Shown here: one piece after another, positions 8,697 to 18,093 of the stretch
Numbering within the stretch: position 1 is the stretch's first letter
How the letters are laid out: each line of letters opens with the position of its first letter
Assembly: GCA_038227875.1 (NCBI GenBank)
Contig: JBBRPR010000058.1
Coordinates: 1 to 52,281 of the forward strand
Direction of reading: 5' to 3'
DNA length: 52,281 nucleotides
Source of the DNA: Planctomycetota bacterium
GTDB taxonomy: Bacteria > Planctomycetota > SZUA-567 > H5-PLA8
Notes under the pieces: generated by a model
Told to the model about the DNA's origin: nothing
Databases searched by the model: none
What the model saw: the letters and a program-made list of their open reading frames with translations, nothing else
Position numbers and translations under genes: made by a program

Positions 8697-8970
8697 GCGC
8701 GAGGGGTCAGGGGCCAGGGGTCAGGGGTCAGGGGTCAGAGTTGGGCGCGAGCAAAGGATATGTGTATCGCCCGCGCGTTGGTGGAGAAGGGCAGTAGGAA
8801 GAAGCAGTAGTCAGTAGGACCACGCCCTCGGCTTACACCAAAATGCCGAGCCGTTCCTGCCCACTGCTTCTGCCTTCCGCCTACTAGCCACGACCGCGCA
8901 TCAACGCTTCGACCTCCACGCGCATTCACCCACCTCTGACCCCTGGCCCCTGGCCCCTGACCCCTCGCGC
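8697..8970. repeat. long inverted repeat built from GGGGTCA heptamer arrays (MITE-like)
   Basis: 8697-8740 (GGGGTCA)n versus 8934-8970 (TGACCCC)n; nested GCAGTAG-like inverted arrays inside. Confidence 0.8.
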
Positions 8971-8987
8971 TTTAGCGCGCTCCGCGT

Positions 8988-9284
8988 TTAGCGCGCGCTG
9001 AAACGCCGCTCCACCTCTATGTGGATCGCCTCGATCTGCGCCAGGCACTCGCGGCGCGTCACGGGCAGACCCAACGACCGCTTCGCTTCGCGGCGCTGCT
9101 CCAAGGTGGATTCCGGATGCGCTTTCAGCCACTCGCCCCAGACTCTCCGCGCCCGGGTAACTGCTGACAGGCGAGCCTCGTAAATGGCTATCGCCAAAGG
9201 ATTTGAATCCCGATCGCCGCGCAGATCACGGATCGCACGGGCCAACGCTTGGGCCGCTAATTTCAGCCTTTTTGCATATTTCAT
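8988..9284 (-). CDS. hypothetical protein
   Basis: 98-aa ORF, divergent from the 9447 gene. Confidence 0.45.
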   Translation of the reverse strand: MKYAKRLKLAAQALARAIRDLRGDRDSNPLAIAIYEARLSAVTRARRVWGEWLKAHPESTLEQRREAKRSLGLPVTRRECLAQIEAIHIEVERRFSAR

Positions 9285-9446
9285 TAAAGTTCTCCCCCCG
9301 ATTTGCCGAGAGCAAATTTTTACCTAACATTGGGCAAAGATCAACCAAAATCTGCCCGACTTTTCATCATTTTTCACACGGCCGTGACATTCCCATGAGC
9401 CCCCCGGTGAACTCGCGCATACCCTGCAGTGAGGAGGAAGTTCTTC

Positions 9447-10556
9447 ATGCTTGAACGCCGAATTCTGATCCTGATCATCGCCATCCTGTCCGCGTACATC
9501 ATCTACGATCGCCACACCACCACCGGGCAGCACGAAGCCATCGTTGAACGGCAGCGCGATTTCGAAGTCCGCACGCTGGCCGAAGTCAAGAAGCTCGACA
9601 ACAAGGCCGCCGAGGTTCGCATTCAAAACGAAGCCGACACGCGCGCGCACGAACTTGAATTGAAGAAGCTCGAACTGGAAATCAAACGCGCCGAAGCCGA
9701 AGACGCCGCCGCGTTGTCCAAACAGAAGGAGATCGACGTCCGCGAAGCGCAGAAAAAACGCGCCGATGAACTGGCTGAGCAGGCCGCCGAACGCGGACGC
9801 ATGGACGCCGAAACCGCGCGCGAAGAAAACAAGCGCGCCGAAGTCCGCAAGCACGCCGCGGACATCCGCAACGCGACGCAGGAACGCGTTGAAGCGTCGC
9901 GGCGCCTCAACGACCTGGCCTGGAAAAAGCAGACCGCCCAACGCCTCGTCATCGCCTGGCGCAACAAGCTTCAGGCCGCCGAACACAGCCGCGAAAAGTC
10001 GGACCTCGATCTGATCAACGCACAGGCCCAACCCAACGGCGCAAGTTCCGCCGCCGCGCCGCGCCGCCGCTACGATCCGCTGGAAGGCCCCGATCCCTCG
10101 CTGGGCCAGGGCGGGGGAGGGGAGATGGACGGCAGCTCGCGCGGTCAGAACCGCCGCTCGGCCGCCGGCCCGTCCGTGATCTTTATCAGCTCCAATCGCG
10201 AAGCCGTCGAAAACGCGCAGGCTCAGCAGCTCGGCGCCGCCAAGGCCATCGACGCGGCGAAAGCCGCGCTCGCCAAAGCGCAGGAGGATCTCACGCGCTT
10301 TACCGCCGACTACGAATCGGCGCTCACCGCCAAGCAATCCGCCGACCGCCGCCTCGCGCAGCTGGCCCCGCCGCAGCCCCAGAACCGCGTCTTCGCCACG
10401 TACTCAATGCTCGACGGCCGGAAACTTGAAGCCATCTGCGTGATCGAATCCGGCGACGACATCTGGGTGAAGACCGGCTCCGGCATCGAAACCATCAAGC
10501 GCGCCGACGTCGAACTCGTCGCCCGCGCCGACGACGCAAAAAATGATGAACGATGA
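9447..10556 (+). CDS. membrane-anchored coiled-coil protein
   Basis: GAGGAGG RBS; N-terminal TM (ILILIIAILSAYII) and long E/K/R/A-rich helices. Confidence 0.8.
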   Translation: MLERRILILIIAILSAYIIYDRHTTTGQHEAIVERQRDFEVRTLAEVKKLDNKAAEVRIQNEADTRAHELELKKLELEIKRAEAEDAAALSKQKEIDVREAQKKRADELAEQAAERGRMDAETAREENKRAEVRKHAADIRNATQERVEASRRLNDLAWKKQTAQRLVIAWRNKLQAAEHSREKSDLDLINAQAQPNGASSAAAPRRRYDPLEGPDPSLGQGGGGEMDGSSRGQNRRSAAGPSVIFISSNREAVENAQAQQLGAAKAIDAAKAALAKAQEDLTRFTADYESALTAKQSADRRLAQLAPPQPQNRVFATYSMLDGRKLEAICVIESGDDIWVKTGSGIETIKRADVELVARADDAKNDER

Positions 10557-10780
10557 TTGATGAACGACGCGAATGTCGAATGTCGAATAACGCGATGTCG
10601 AGCGAAGCGCATGCCTGCTCCTTGCTCAGCGCACCCCATCTGGATTGACGCACGTCCATTCGGTTGAAAACCCGAACCAGCCCTGAAACAATCGCGTCTC
10701 GCGAGCTCCGAAAATTTTTGCAGTAGCACCAATTGTATAACTCGTGCCACGACGTAGCACGAAATGTCGTCCCCGTAACA

Positions 10781-10900
10781 ACTGCTCATTCACGCTCATT
10801 CCTGCTCATTTACGCTTATTCGTGCTCATTCGCGCTCATTCCTGCTCAAACACGCTCATTTCAGCTCATTTGCTATCAAACGCGCTCATTTTAGCTCACT
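10781..10900. repeat. 12 x 10-bp phased tandem array, consensus NNNGCTCATT
   Basis: Exact 10-bp period over 120 bp; the first 3 nt of each unit vary. Confidence 0.9.
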
Positions 10901-10995
10901 TAAAAGAAAAGACTTGATTTTGAGGATCAATGACCGCTTATATAGGGTGGAAAGTATGAAAAGTCTTCAAACTCGGTTCACGGAGGAAAAGAACG

Positions 10996-11340
10996 ATGAA
11001 TGCCACGATTGATGTTCCTGTAAAGCAAGCCAAGCTACTGACTTCCACGGAGGCTGTGGAACTGCTGGCCAGCAAGTTCAAAAGAATCGCCCGCCGCCTC
11101 TGGCCCAGCAACGAGCGACGCATTAAGGAAGACCTCGTTCAAGAGATGAACCTGGCGTGTCTGAAGGTTTCGGTGCCTATGACAGCAAAGACCTTCACCG
11201 CCGTAGCGATCAGTCGCGCCATCGACTACCTGGACCGCGAAGAGCGTCACGAGAGGTTGACGATGATGGCGCCGGACAAACTCGCGTTGCTGTCCGATCG
11301 CCAGCAGGCCCGCCGCCTGAAATCCGCACCCACTCGGTAA
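10996..11340 (+). CDS. small sigma70 region-2-like protein lacking region 4
   Basis: KEDLVQEMNLACL...FTAVAISRAIDYLDRE resembles ECF sigma region 2; 114 aa; GGAGG RBS. Confidence 0.6.
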   Translation: MNATIDVPVKQAKLLTSTEAVELLASKFKRIARRLWPSNERRIKEDLVQEMNLACLKVSVPMTAKTFTAVAISRAIDYLDREERHERLTMMAPDKLALLSDRQQARRLKSAPTR

Positions 11341-11550
11341 TCCCGCGAAACTCGGTTATGGGTATGAAGTTAATTCAAAACTCAAAAAAATTCAAAAATA
11401 GCCCCACCCCTTCCTCCCGTCCCCGCGCGGGCGTCCTGTGACCGGCCACGCTCAACGCCGGGCATTCGCCCCGGCTCCGCGGCATACACGGCCCGCCGGG
11501 ACGGGAACACACCTCCCCTCCATTGGATTCCGTCCGATGGAAAATGGAAC

Positions 11551-12948
11551 ATGACCGATGGAAAATGGAAAATGAAGCCGTCCCACGATTTCGCCGACTG
11601 GTGCGAAGCCCACGCCTACGTCGAATGCAAGCTCGCGCACCGGGTCGTGCCCTTCAATCTCTACCCCTGCCAGCGCCGCGTGGCCGATCTGCTCGAAGCC
11701 AGGCAGTGGCTCTGGATTCTCAAAGCCCGCCGCCTGGGCCTCACCTGGCTCCTGGCCGCGTACGCGACCTGGCTGCTGACCGAACACGAAAACAGGACGA
11801 TCCTGGTGCTCAACCAAAGCAAAGACTACGCGCAGGATTTTCTCGAACGGATGCGCCTGATCCTTCAGCATCTCCCCGAGGACATGCGACCGAAAGCCAC
11901 GCGCGACAACAAGCAGCAAATGAGCTTCGACAATGGCGGCTCGGTCCGTTCCCTGGCCTGCACACGCCGCGCGATCCGTTCCATCTCCGCCGATCTGGTG
12001 ATCTTCGATGAGGCTGCGTACATGGACCTGCTGAAAGACGCCCGCAAAGCCGCGCAGCCGGCCGTCGAAATGGGCGGCGGCCAGGTCGTCGCCCTCTCCA
12101 CCAGCAGCGGCCCGTCGGGAGAATTCTACGACATCTGGAACCAGGCCGCCGACGGCAAGGCGCGTTACACCCCGGTCTTTCTCGACTGGCGTCAGCTCCG
12201 CCGCCGCGACGACAAATGGTACGAACAGGAAGCCCGCGAAAATCTCTCCGACCCGCTCTACATGAAGCGCGAGTATCCGTCATCCGCGGAAGAAGCATTC
12301 GAATCCGCCGAAGGCCGCTGCTTCCCGCTCTTCATCCGCAGCGAGAAATTCATCCACGCCCGCGCCATCGAACCGCGCTGGACCAAGTACCGCGGCATCG
12401 ATTTCGGCGGCGTTGACCCCTTCGTCTGTCTCTGGGGCGCCGAAATCCCCGGCGACGGCCCCGGCCTCACCGTCGATCCGTCCTGCACGAACCTGATCCG
12501 CGAAATGCTCGCCTATTCCTACGATTCCGCCGGCGTGCCCGGCGCCAAAGACAATCATGCCTGCGACGCGCTGCGCTATCTGGTCTCCTCACCGCCCATT
12601 ACCGGACACGTTCACATCTACCGCGAATTCTACCTCCCCAACAGCGCCGCACTCGGTTACAGCCTCGGCGAACTCCAGGACAAAATCGACCTGATGACCG
12701 GCGACGAACAAATCCGCAAAACCTTCGCTGACGCCGCGCGCCCAGACATGATCGAACAGATGAACAGACTCTGGCCGACGCAACGCTACCGCCATCTCCA
12801 CGGCAACTCCATCAGCCAGATCCTCCAGGGTCTCAACTACGTGAACGGCCTGATCGTCGGCACCGCCAAAAACCGCCCGCCCGAACCGCCCCCCAAACGC
12901 AAAGTCATCGGCCTCCCCGACACCATCCGCAAGCGGGGACTGTATTGA
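11551..12948 (+). CDS. terminase large subunit (start may be 11572)
   Basis: Walker A ILKARRLGLTW, Walker B LVIFDEAA, motif III ALSTS; nuclease motifs GIDFG, TFAD and DNHACDALRY. Confidence 0.92.
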   Translation: MTDGKWKMKPSHDFADWCEAHAYVECKLAHRVVPFNLYPCQRRVADLLEARQWLWILKARRLGLTWLLAAYATWLLTEHENRTILVLNQSKDYAQDFLERMRLILQHLPEDMRPKATRDNKQQMSFDNGGSVRSLACTRRAIRSISADLVIFDEAAYMDLLKDARKAAQPAVEMGGGQVVALSTSSGPSGEFYDIWNQAADGKARYTPVFLDWRQLRRRDDKWYEQEARENLSDPLYMKREYPSSAEEAFESAEGRCFPLFIRSEKFIHARAIEPRWTKYRGIDFGGVDPFVCLWGAEIPGDGPGLTVDPSCTNLIREMLAYSYDSAGVPGAKDNHACDALRYLVSSPPITGHVHIYREFYLPNSAALGYSLGELQDKIDLMTGDEQIRKTFADAARPDMIEQMNRLWPTQRYRHLHGNSISQILQGLNYVNGLIVGTAKNRPPEPPPKRKVIGLPDTIRKRGLY

Positions 12949-13012
12949 ATGTCGAATGTCGAATGTCGAATGTCGAATGTCGAATGTCGAATGTCGAATG
13001 TCGAATGTCGAA
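12947..13012. repeat. (GAATGTC)9 heptamer array
   Basis: Perfect tandem array starting within the terminase stop codon. Confidence 0.95.
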
Positions 13013-13177
13013 ACAACCCGTTGCAATTCGCGTGCGCGATTTGAAAACGGGTGCCACGAGTACGGACTCATCAGAGATTTTCCTGAGCTTGCCGAACGGG
13101 CTTAGCGAAGACGTGGCCTTAACCATGTGACCACGCGAACAGAGTCCCGTTCGATACGCCAAGATCGCGCGAGTTGC

Positions 13178-13261
13178 GCGGCCTGGAAGGCCGCCCGTCA
13201 ATAGCCATGGGCGGCAGCCCTTGGTTTGGACCACTCGGAAAGCTCAAGCCCTGTAAGGGCG
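13178..13261. repeat. REP-like multi-hairpin dispersed repeat
   Basis: GCGGCCTGGAAGGCCGC..GGGCGGCAGCCC..GCCCTGTAAGGGC; near-identical copy at 42859-42941. Confidence 0.75.
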
Positions 13262-13298
13262 TCCAAAAAATTCACCAACCCCAGAAAGGACCCCACCC

Positions 13299-13448
13299 AT
13301 GTCGAAACAGAAACCCGCCCCCGTCTCCACCCCCAGTTCCATCCCAATCGGCGTCCCCAACAACGCCCAGCCCCAACCCACCAAACGCAACACCGCCAAC
13401 CCCAACTACGTCAAACCCGGCTCCGAAAAACCGTTCAAAGCGAAATGA
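13299..13448 (+). CDS. small Pro/Asn-rich hypothetical protein (49 aa, not in the ORF track)
   Basis: GAAAGGA RBS; MSKQKPAPVSTP...KPFKAK; C-ending codons like the other cluster genes. Confidence 0.4.
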   Translation: MSKQKPAPVSTPSSIPIGVPNNAQPQPTKRNTANPNYVKPGSEKPFKAK

Positions 13449-13551
13449 GCAGACGCTGGCAATTCTGCGCTCCAATCCGTGGACATCTATAGGTCTTGAG
13501 ATAAAACCTTCGCCATAATATTCAAAAGAGCGTGGCTCAGGAGCAGCCGAA

Positions 13552-14127
13552 ATGGATCGCGAATTCCAGCGTCTGGTCGAAATTGAACGGGAGTCCTACG
13601 TTGCTTACTTCCGTCAAAATGTTGCAGCCATGCGATCCAGCCCGAATTTCGTGACAGAGCTGCTCATGCAGCCTAACGGCAGAACAACGCCAGAACCGTT
13701 CTGTCTGATGCGTATCGATGGAATTTTTGGAGGCGCGAGCGACCCAAAGATCGTCCGATTTGTACTTCCCAACACGCAACGTCCGATCAATCGAAATTGG
13801 CTTCTTGATGGATTTGACATGCGTATCGAGGCGTTGTCGTGGGAATCGTTCCTTATTCGATTTAAAGTAGGCCAATTCAAATTGGAGTCTCTCGCTCCGT
13901 GGCTTACTCTGTGGCTTGACCCAAAGGAACATCGCGCGCCCGACAAGGACGGCCTCAGTGGAGTCGTACACGACATGGCTTGGACCTACGGCAATGACAA
14001 CACAATAGAACTAACTATAGATTTTGGCTCGGCACCGCTGCAGGCGTTATTTGAATTTCTTGCCCTAATCAAACAATCAGGAGTTACAGCTTGCACAATT
14101 TCACGTGGAGATAGCGACATACAATAA
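13552..14127 (+). CDS. hypothetical protein (lower-GC insert between terminase and portal)
   Basis: AGGAG RBS; 191 aa; more A/T-ending codons than the flanking genes. Confidence 0.65.
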   Translation: MDREFQRLVEIERESYVAYFRQNVAAMRSSPNFVTELLMQPNGRTTPEPFCLMRIDGIFGGASDPKIVRFVLPNTQRPINRNWLLDGFDMRIEALSWESFLIRFKVGQFKLESLAPWLTLWLDPKEHRAPDKDGLSGVVHDMAWTYGNDNTIELTIDFGSAPLQALFEFLALIKQSGVTACTISRGDSDIQ

Positions 14128-14189
14128 ATCAATATCCTCCACGATCACGCATCACGAGACGCAAGCCTTTCCCGGAAGCGCTCACCCCT

Positions 14190-14224
14190 CTAATCCGCAA
14201 TCCGCAATCCGAAATCCGCAATAA
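14190..14224. repeat. AATCCGC heptamer array (AATCCGC-AATCCGC-AATCCGA-AATCCGC-AATAA)
   Basis: The same string recurs at 15991-16023 and 23146-23178, and inverted at 22985-23025. Confidence 0.9.
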
Positions 14225-14280
14225 CGATCGCCAACCGTCGCCCCCATTCCCCACTAGCGCTACCCCAGGACACGCCCGCC

Positions 14281-15885
14281 ATGCCCCTCGCCACCACCCT
14301 CCTTTCCCGCCGCGCCGACATCGAAGACATCGTCAGCGAGAACAAAATCGTCGAAGACGTCCTCGCCGGCCGCAGCGCCATCGTCACGCGGACCTCGCGC
14401 AAAGGCGGCGCGTTCAAGCCCGATCTCGATCTGCCCTTCGAGATCGCATCGTCGCCAACCTTCGCGCCCGTCACCGGCGGGCCGGCCCTGCCCGTCGCCG
14501 AATCGCGCTACATCCCCAAGCACTCCGTCGAATCGTTCGACGAATACGCGCGCCGCCTGGACATGACCCCGTTCTTCGCCGAAACGCCCGGCATCCTCCA
14601 ATCCCGCCAGGGCGCGCTCTTCCGCAAACCGCCCGACGTCCACGTGCCCGAAGCGCTCCAGCCGTTCGTCAACTGCGCGACGGTCAACAACATGAGCTTT
14701 CTCGATGTGATCGTGAAGCTCAGCGAACAATGCCAGGTCGGCGGCTTTGCCGGACTGCTCGTCGATCGCGAAATTCTTCCGACCGATGTCCGCGACAGAG
14801 CCGTCACGCAGGCCGAAGTCAACGCGCGAGGACTCGGGCGCGTCATCGTCGCGCCCTTCGCCGCTCACCAGATCCGCGATTGGGCCTCCGACCGCCACGG
14901 TCTCGTCTGGGTCAAGCTCGTCGAACTCCACGACAACTACGACGCGCAGTGGGACGGCCACAAGCGCGACATTTACACCGTGCGCGTCGTCGACCGGATC
15001 AACATCACCGTCTGGGATGTGGAGAAGAAAAAAGACGGCAGCTACGTCGTCGCCGATCCCGTCGTGATCCCGCACGGCGCAACCGACGCCGCCGGCCGGC
15101 CGGTCGTCCCCTTCCGCATGTTCCACCCGTTTCCCGCGCGCGACGGCATCGGCCGCTCCAACCTGCGCGCCAGCGCCGACGCCGACGTCGCCGCCACGCG
15201 CGTGCTCAGCGACCTGCTCTGGTTCATGCATATGATGGCGCCGATCCTGGTGCTCACGACCACGCGCGAAAAAAGTGAGATCGCCAACATCGGCCTCGGC
15301 GCGTCGTACCTCAACGTCCTCCAGGGCGCGCATGAAGGCGTCCCCGAAGAGAAGCTCGCCTACGTCCAGCTCGACGCCACGCCCGCCGAAAAACTCTCGC
15401 GCATGTACGAAACGCTCTGCCAGAAAGCGCGCGAACAGGCGAACAAAAGCGCCGACGCCGGCGTCGCCGGCCCGGTCCATCAAAGCGGCATCAGCAAAGC
15501 CTGGACGTTCAAAACCGGCGAAGAGCGCGTCCTCTTTCTGCTCTCAATCTGCCTGCAGGAAGGACTGCAATGGACGCTGGAACTGGCCGCGAGAATGTCC
15601 GGCCACGGCACCGAGAAAGTCGCCGTCGGCTTCCCGCAGAATTACGATATCACCGGAGCCCCCGAACAGATCGCGATCACGGAACAAGCGCTCCCGCTGC
15701 TGACCGAATACGGTCTGAACACCGCCGCGATCCACCTGCTGAGCAAACTCGGCCTCAACCTGATGACCAACCCGAGCGACGACGAGCTGCGCACCTTCCG
15801 CGCCGAGATCACCGCCCTGAAATCCCGCGACCTGAAAACCAGCGTCCCCTTCAGCGAGCCGTTGAAAGTGAGCGAGCGGGTGTGA
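14281..15885 (+). CDS. phage portal protein (DUF4055/SPP1-like)
   Basis: ESFDEYARRL..TPF..GALFRKPP N-terminal signature; 534 aa; follows the terminase. Confidence 0.8.
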   Translation: MPLATTLLSRRADIEDIVSENKIVEDVLAGRSAIVTRTSRKGGAFKPDLDLPFEIASSPTFAPVTGGPALPVAESRYIPKHSVESFDEYARRLDMTPFFAETPGILQSRQGALFRKPPDVHVPEALQPFVNCATVNNMSFLDVIVKLSEQCQVGGFAGLLVDREILPTDVRDRAVTQAEVNARGLGRVIVAPFAAHQIRDWASDRHGLVWVKLVELHDNYDAQWDGHKRDIYTVRVVDRINITVWDVEKKKDGSYVVADPVVIPHGATDAAGRPVVPFRMFHPFPARDGIGRSNLRASADADVAATRVLSDLLWFMHMMAPILVLTTTREKSEIANIGLGASYLNVLQGAHEGVPEEKLAYVQLDATPAEKLSRMYETLCQKAREQANKSADAGVAGPVHQSGISKAWTFKTGEERVLFLLSICLQEGLQWTLELAARMSGHGTEKVAVGFPQNYDITGAPEQIAITEQALPLLTEYGLNTAAIHLLSKLGLNLMTNPSDDELRTFRAEITALKSRDLKTSVPFSEPLKVSERV

Positions 15886-16034
15886 GTCTTCAAATGGTGG
15901 GAAGCTGGCTAATAATCTCCAAGTGTAGTGGTAGCAACAACAGCATGAACAGCCCTGAACGCCTCGCCTAATTCCTGTGCTCGCTTCGCCAATCCGCAAT
16001 CCGCAATCCGAAATCCGCAATAAAAGGAGGCCCC

Positions 16035-16739
16035 ATGCCCGACCCCGACCCGCCCAACCCGCCAACCCCGCCCGCGACGGAAGCCACCCCCGCCGACCTG
16101 CACCGCCGCCTCGACGAAACGCTCGAGCGCCTCGCACGCTTCGAGCGCGATATGCCCCGCGTCGTCGCACGCATCGCCGCGGGCATGACCGAAGGCCGGC
16201 CCCAGCCACCCGCGCCGAAAAACGACGACCGCATCGCCGCGCTCGAGCGCCAGCTTCAGGAGGAAAAACAGCGCCGCATCCGCACCGAACATGAAAATAA
16301 AGTCCGCGCCGCGGTCTCCGCCGTCCCCTGGGTCGACCCCGAAGACCCCGTCGCCGAACTGCTCAACAAAGTCGAAGAACGCGACGGCCAGCTCGTCGTG
16401 ATGGGCACCCGCAAATTCGAGAGCGGCGAAATCTACCCCGAAGCCTTTCCGCTCGACGAAGCCGTCAAGCAACTCGCCCAGCGCAAATCCCACTGGATCA
16501 AAGCCGACGTCAAAGGCGGCAGCGGCGCCAGCGGCAGCGCCGGCCTGAACGGCGGCGGAAGTGGTGGAAGCAGCCACGCCAGCACCGTCACCTGGGACGC
16601 CATCAAATACCGCGACCTGAAATCCGACCCCGTCCTGATGCAACGCGCCATCGCCGAAAAAGGCCACCCGTGGGTCGCCAATCTCCACGACAAATGGCTG
16701 CAGAAACAGGCGAAGAAGGCGCAGACGTTCACCATTTAG
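16035..16739 (+). CDS. capsid scaffolding protein
   Basis: Pro-rich start, coiled coil and GGSGASGS linker; lies directly before the capsid gene; AGGAGG RBS. Confidence 0.65.
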   Translation: MPDPDPPNPPTPPATEATPADLHRRLDETLERLARFERDMPRVVARIAAGMTEGRPQPPAPKNDDRIAALERQLQEEKQRRIRTEHENKVRAAVSAVPWVDPEDPVAELLNKVEERDGQLVVMGTRKFESGEIYPEAFPLDEAVKQLAQRKSHWIKADVKGGSGASGSAGLNGGGSGGSSHASTVTWDAIKYRDLKSDPVLMQRAIAEKGHPWVANLHDKWLQKQAKKAQTFTI

Positions 16740-16740
16740 T

Positions 16741-16850
16741 ATTTTTGAGTTTTGAGTTAAGAGTTTTTAGTTACGTTGCAGCAGACGAGTCAAAAAATAT
16801 CCAATTCGAACAATTTAAAACTCAACACTCAAAACTAAAAACTCAAAACT
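16741..16850. repeat. inverted TTTTGAG / CTCAAAA heptamer arrays
   Basis: 16741-16772 pairs with about 16816-16850, between scaffold and capsid genes. Confidence 0.8.
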
Positions 16851-16892
16851 GTCCTTAAAACAACCTCCCTCGGAATAAAGGAACTCCCTCCC

Positions 16893-17939
16893 ATGGCCGT
16901 AACTCTCCCCACCGACTTCTTCCTCCCCCAACTCGCGCTGCAGTACATGCGTCAGGGCTTCTACGAATCCATGCAGCCCATGCAGCGCCTCGTCTCGCAG
17001 ACCGATCCGTCCGCGCCGATCTGCCTCGTCAACGACCCGACCATGGAAGTCAGCCAGTACGTTCAGGGCCCGACCTTCCAGCGCATGGGCAACTCCGCCG
17101 TCTCGCTGCGCGACATCACCAGCAACTCCGCCGCGACGCCGATCAAGATCACGGCCGTTAACGACCAGGGCGTGAAATGCCACCGCAAGGCCGGTCCGTT
17201 CGAATGGACGCTCGACGCCGCGCGCCTAGCCGGGCTGGGCAACGACGACCTCTCGCGAGCTGCTGCGATCACGCAGGAAATCTCCACGCAGGTCGGCGAA
17301 TACCTCGGCCTCAACGTCCAACGCAGCATGATCGCCGCGCTCCGCGGCATGGTCGAAGCGATGACCACCACCGCGCACACCAGCACCGTCTGGAGCGGCA
17401 CGACGCGAACGAATCTGACACCGGGTCTGCTCAACACCGGCCTGAATCTCATGGGCGACGCGCGCGATTACATCTCGCACTGGCTCTTCCGCTCCGAAGC
17501 GCTGCAGGACCTGTACATCGATGCCATCGGCCGCAGCTTCAGCAACGTCGGCGACAAGGCGCTGGCCGGCAACCAGGACACCAACACGCTGGGCCGCGTC
17601 CGAGCCATCACCGACGACCCGAGCTTGATTGCCACGCCGGGCGGCTTCAACAAGTACTTCACGCTCGGCCTCGGCGCGCAGCAGCTCTACCTGTACTTCA
17701 CGCAGCCGCTGACGATGTACCAGCCCTACGTCGCCACCGACCGCGAAACCGTCACCGTCCGTCTGCGCTGGGATTTCGACTTCGAACTCCGCGGCCGCGG
17801 CCTGGCCTGGAACAGCGGCGCCGGTGGAGCCAACCCCACCGACACCGCGCTGGTCACCGCCGCCAACTGGACCCCGACCTATACGTCCCACAAGGAAGTC
17901 CGCATCGTCGAACTGGTCCACAACTACTCCGGAGCCTAA
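16893..17939 (+). CDS. major capsid protein
   Basis: 348 aa after the scaffold; C-terminal GLAWNSGAGGANPTDTALVTAANW resembles phage coat-protein ends. Confidence 0.75.
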   Translation: MAVTLPTDFFLPQLALQYMRQGFYESMQPMQRLVSQTDPSAPICLVNDPTMEVSQYVQGPTFQRMGNSAVSLRDITSNSAATPIKITAVNDQGVKCHRKAGPFEWTLDAARLAGLGNDDLSRAAAITQEISTQVGEYLGLNVQRSMIAALRGMVEAMTTTAHTSTVWSGTTRTNLTPGLLNTGLNLMGDARDYISHWLFRSEALQDLYIDAIGRSFSNVGDKALAGNQDTNTLGRVRAITDDPSLIATPGGFNKYFTLGLGAQQLYLYFTQPLTMYQPYVATDRETVTVRLRWDFDFELRGRGLAWNSGAGGANPTDTALVTAANWTPTYTSHKEVRIVELVHNYSGA

Positions 17940-17945
17940 ACTCAA

Positions 17946-18062
17946 CGATGAACGATGAGTGATGAACGATGAATTGGAAATACTACTAATTTATAAATCG
18001 ACAATTCATCCATTTCGACATTCGACATTCGACATTCGACATCCCTCATCGTTCATCACTCG
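17946..18062. repeat. inverted ATGAACG arrays enclosing a TTCGACA array
   Basis: GATGAACGATGAGTGATGAACGATG ... CTCATCGTTCATCACTC. Confidence 0.75.
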
Positions 18063-18093
18063 ACTAAATCCTCTCCTGAAGAAAGGCCTCCGA

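Noticed and set aside
10781..10900. CRISPR array
   Set aside because: The period is only 10 bp, with no 25-45 bp unique spacers and no cas genes in the window
12589..13234. ORFs containing MSNVECR / HSTFDIR / IRNPQS / DCGLR repeats (also near 14190, 16000, 22500, 24600, 28850)
   Set aside because: These are translations of non-coding 7-bp arrays, not proteins
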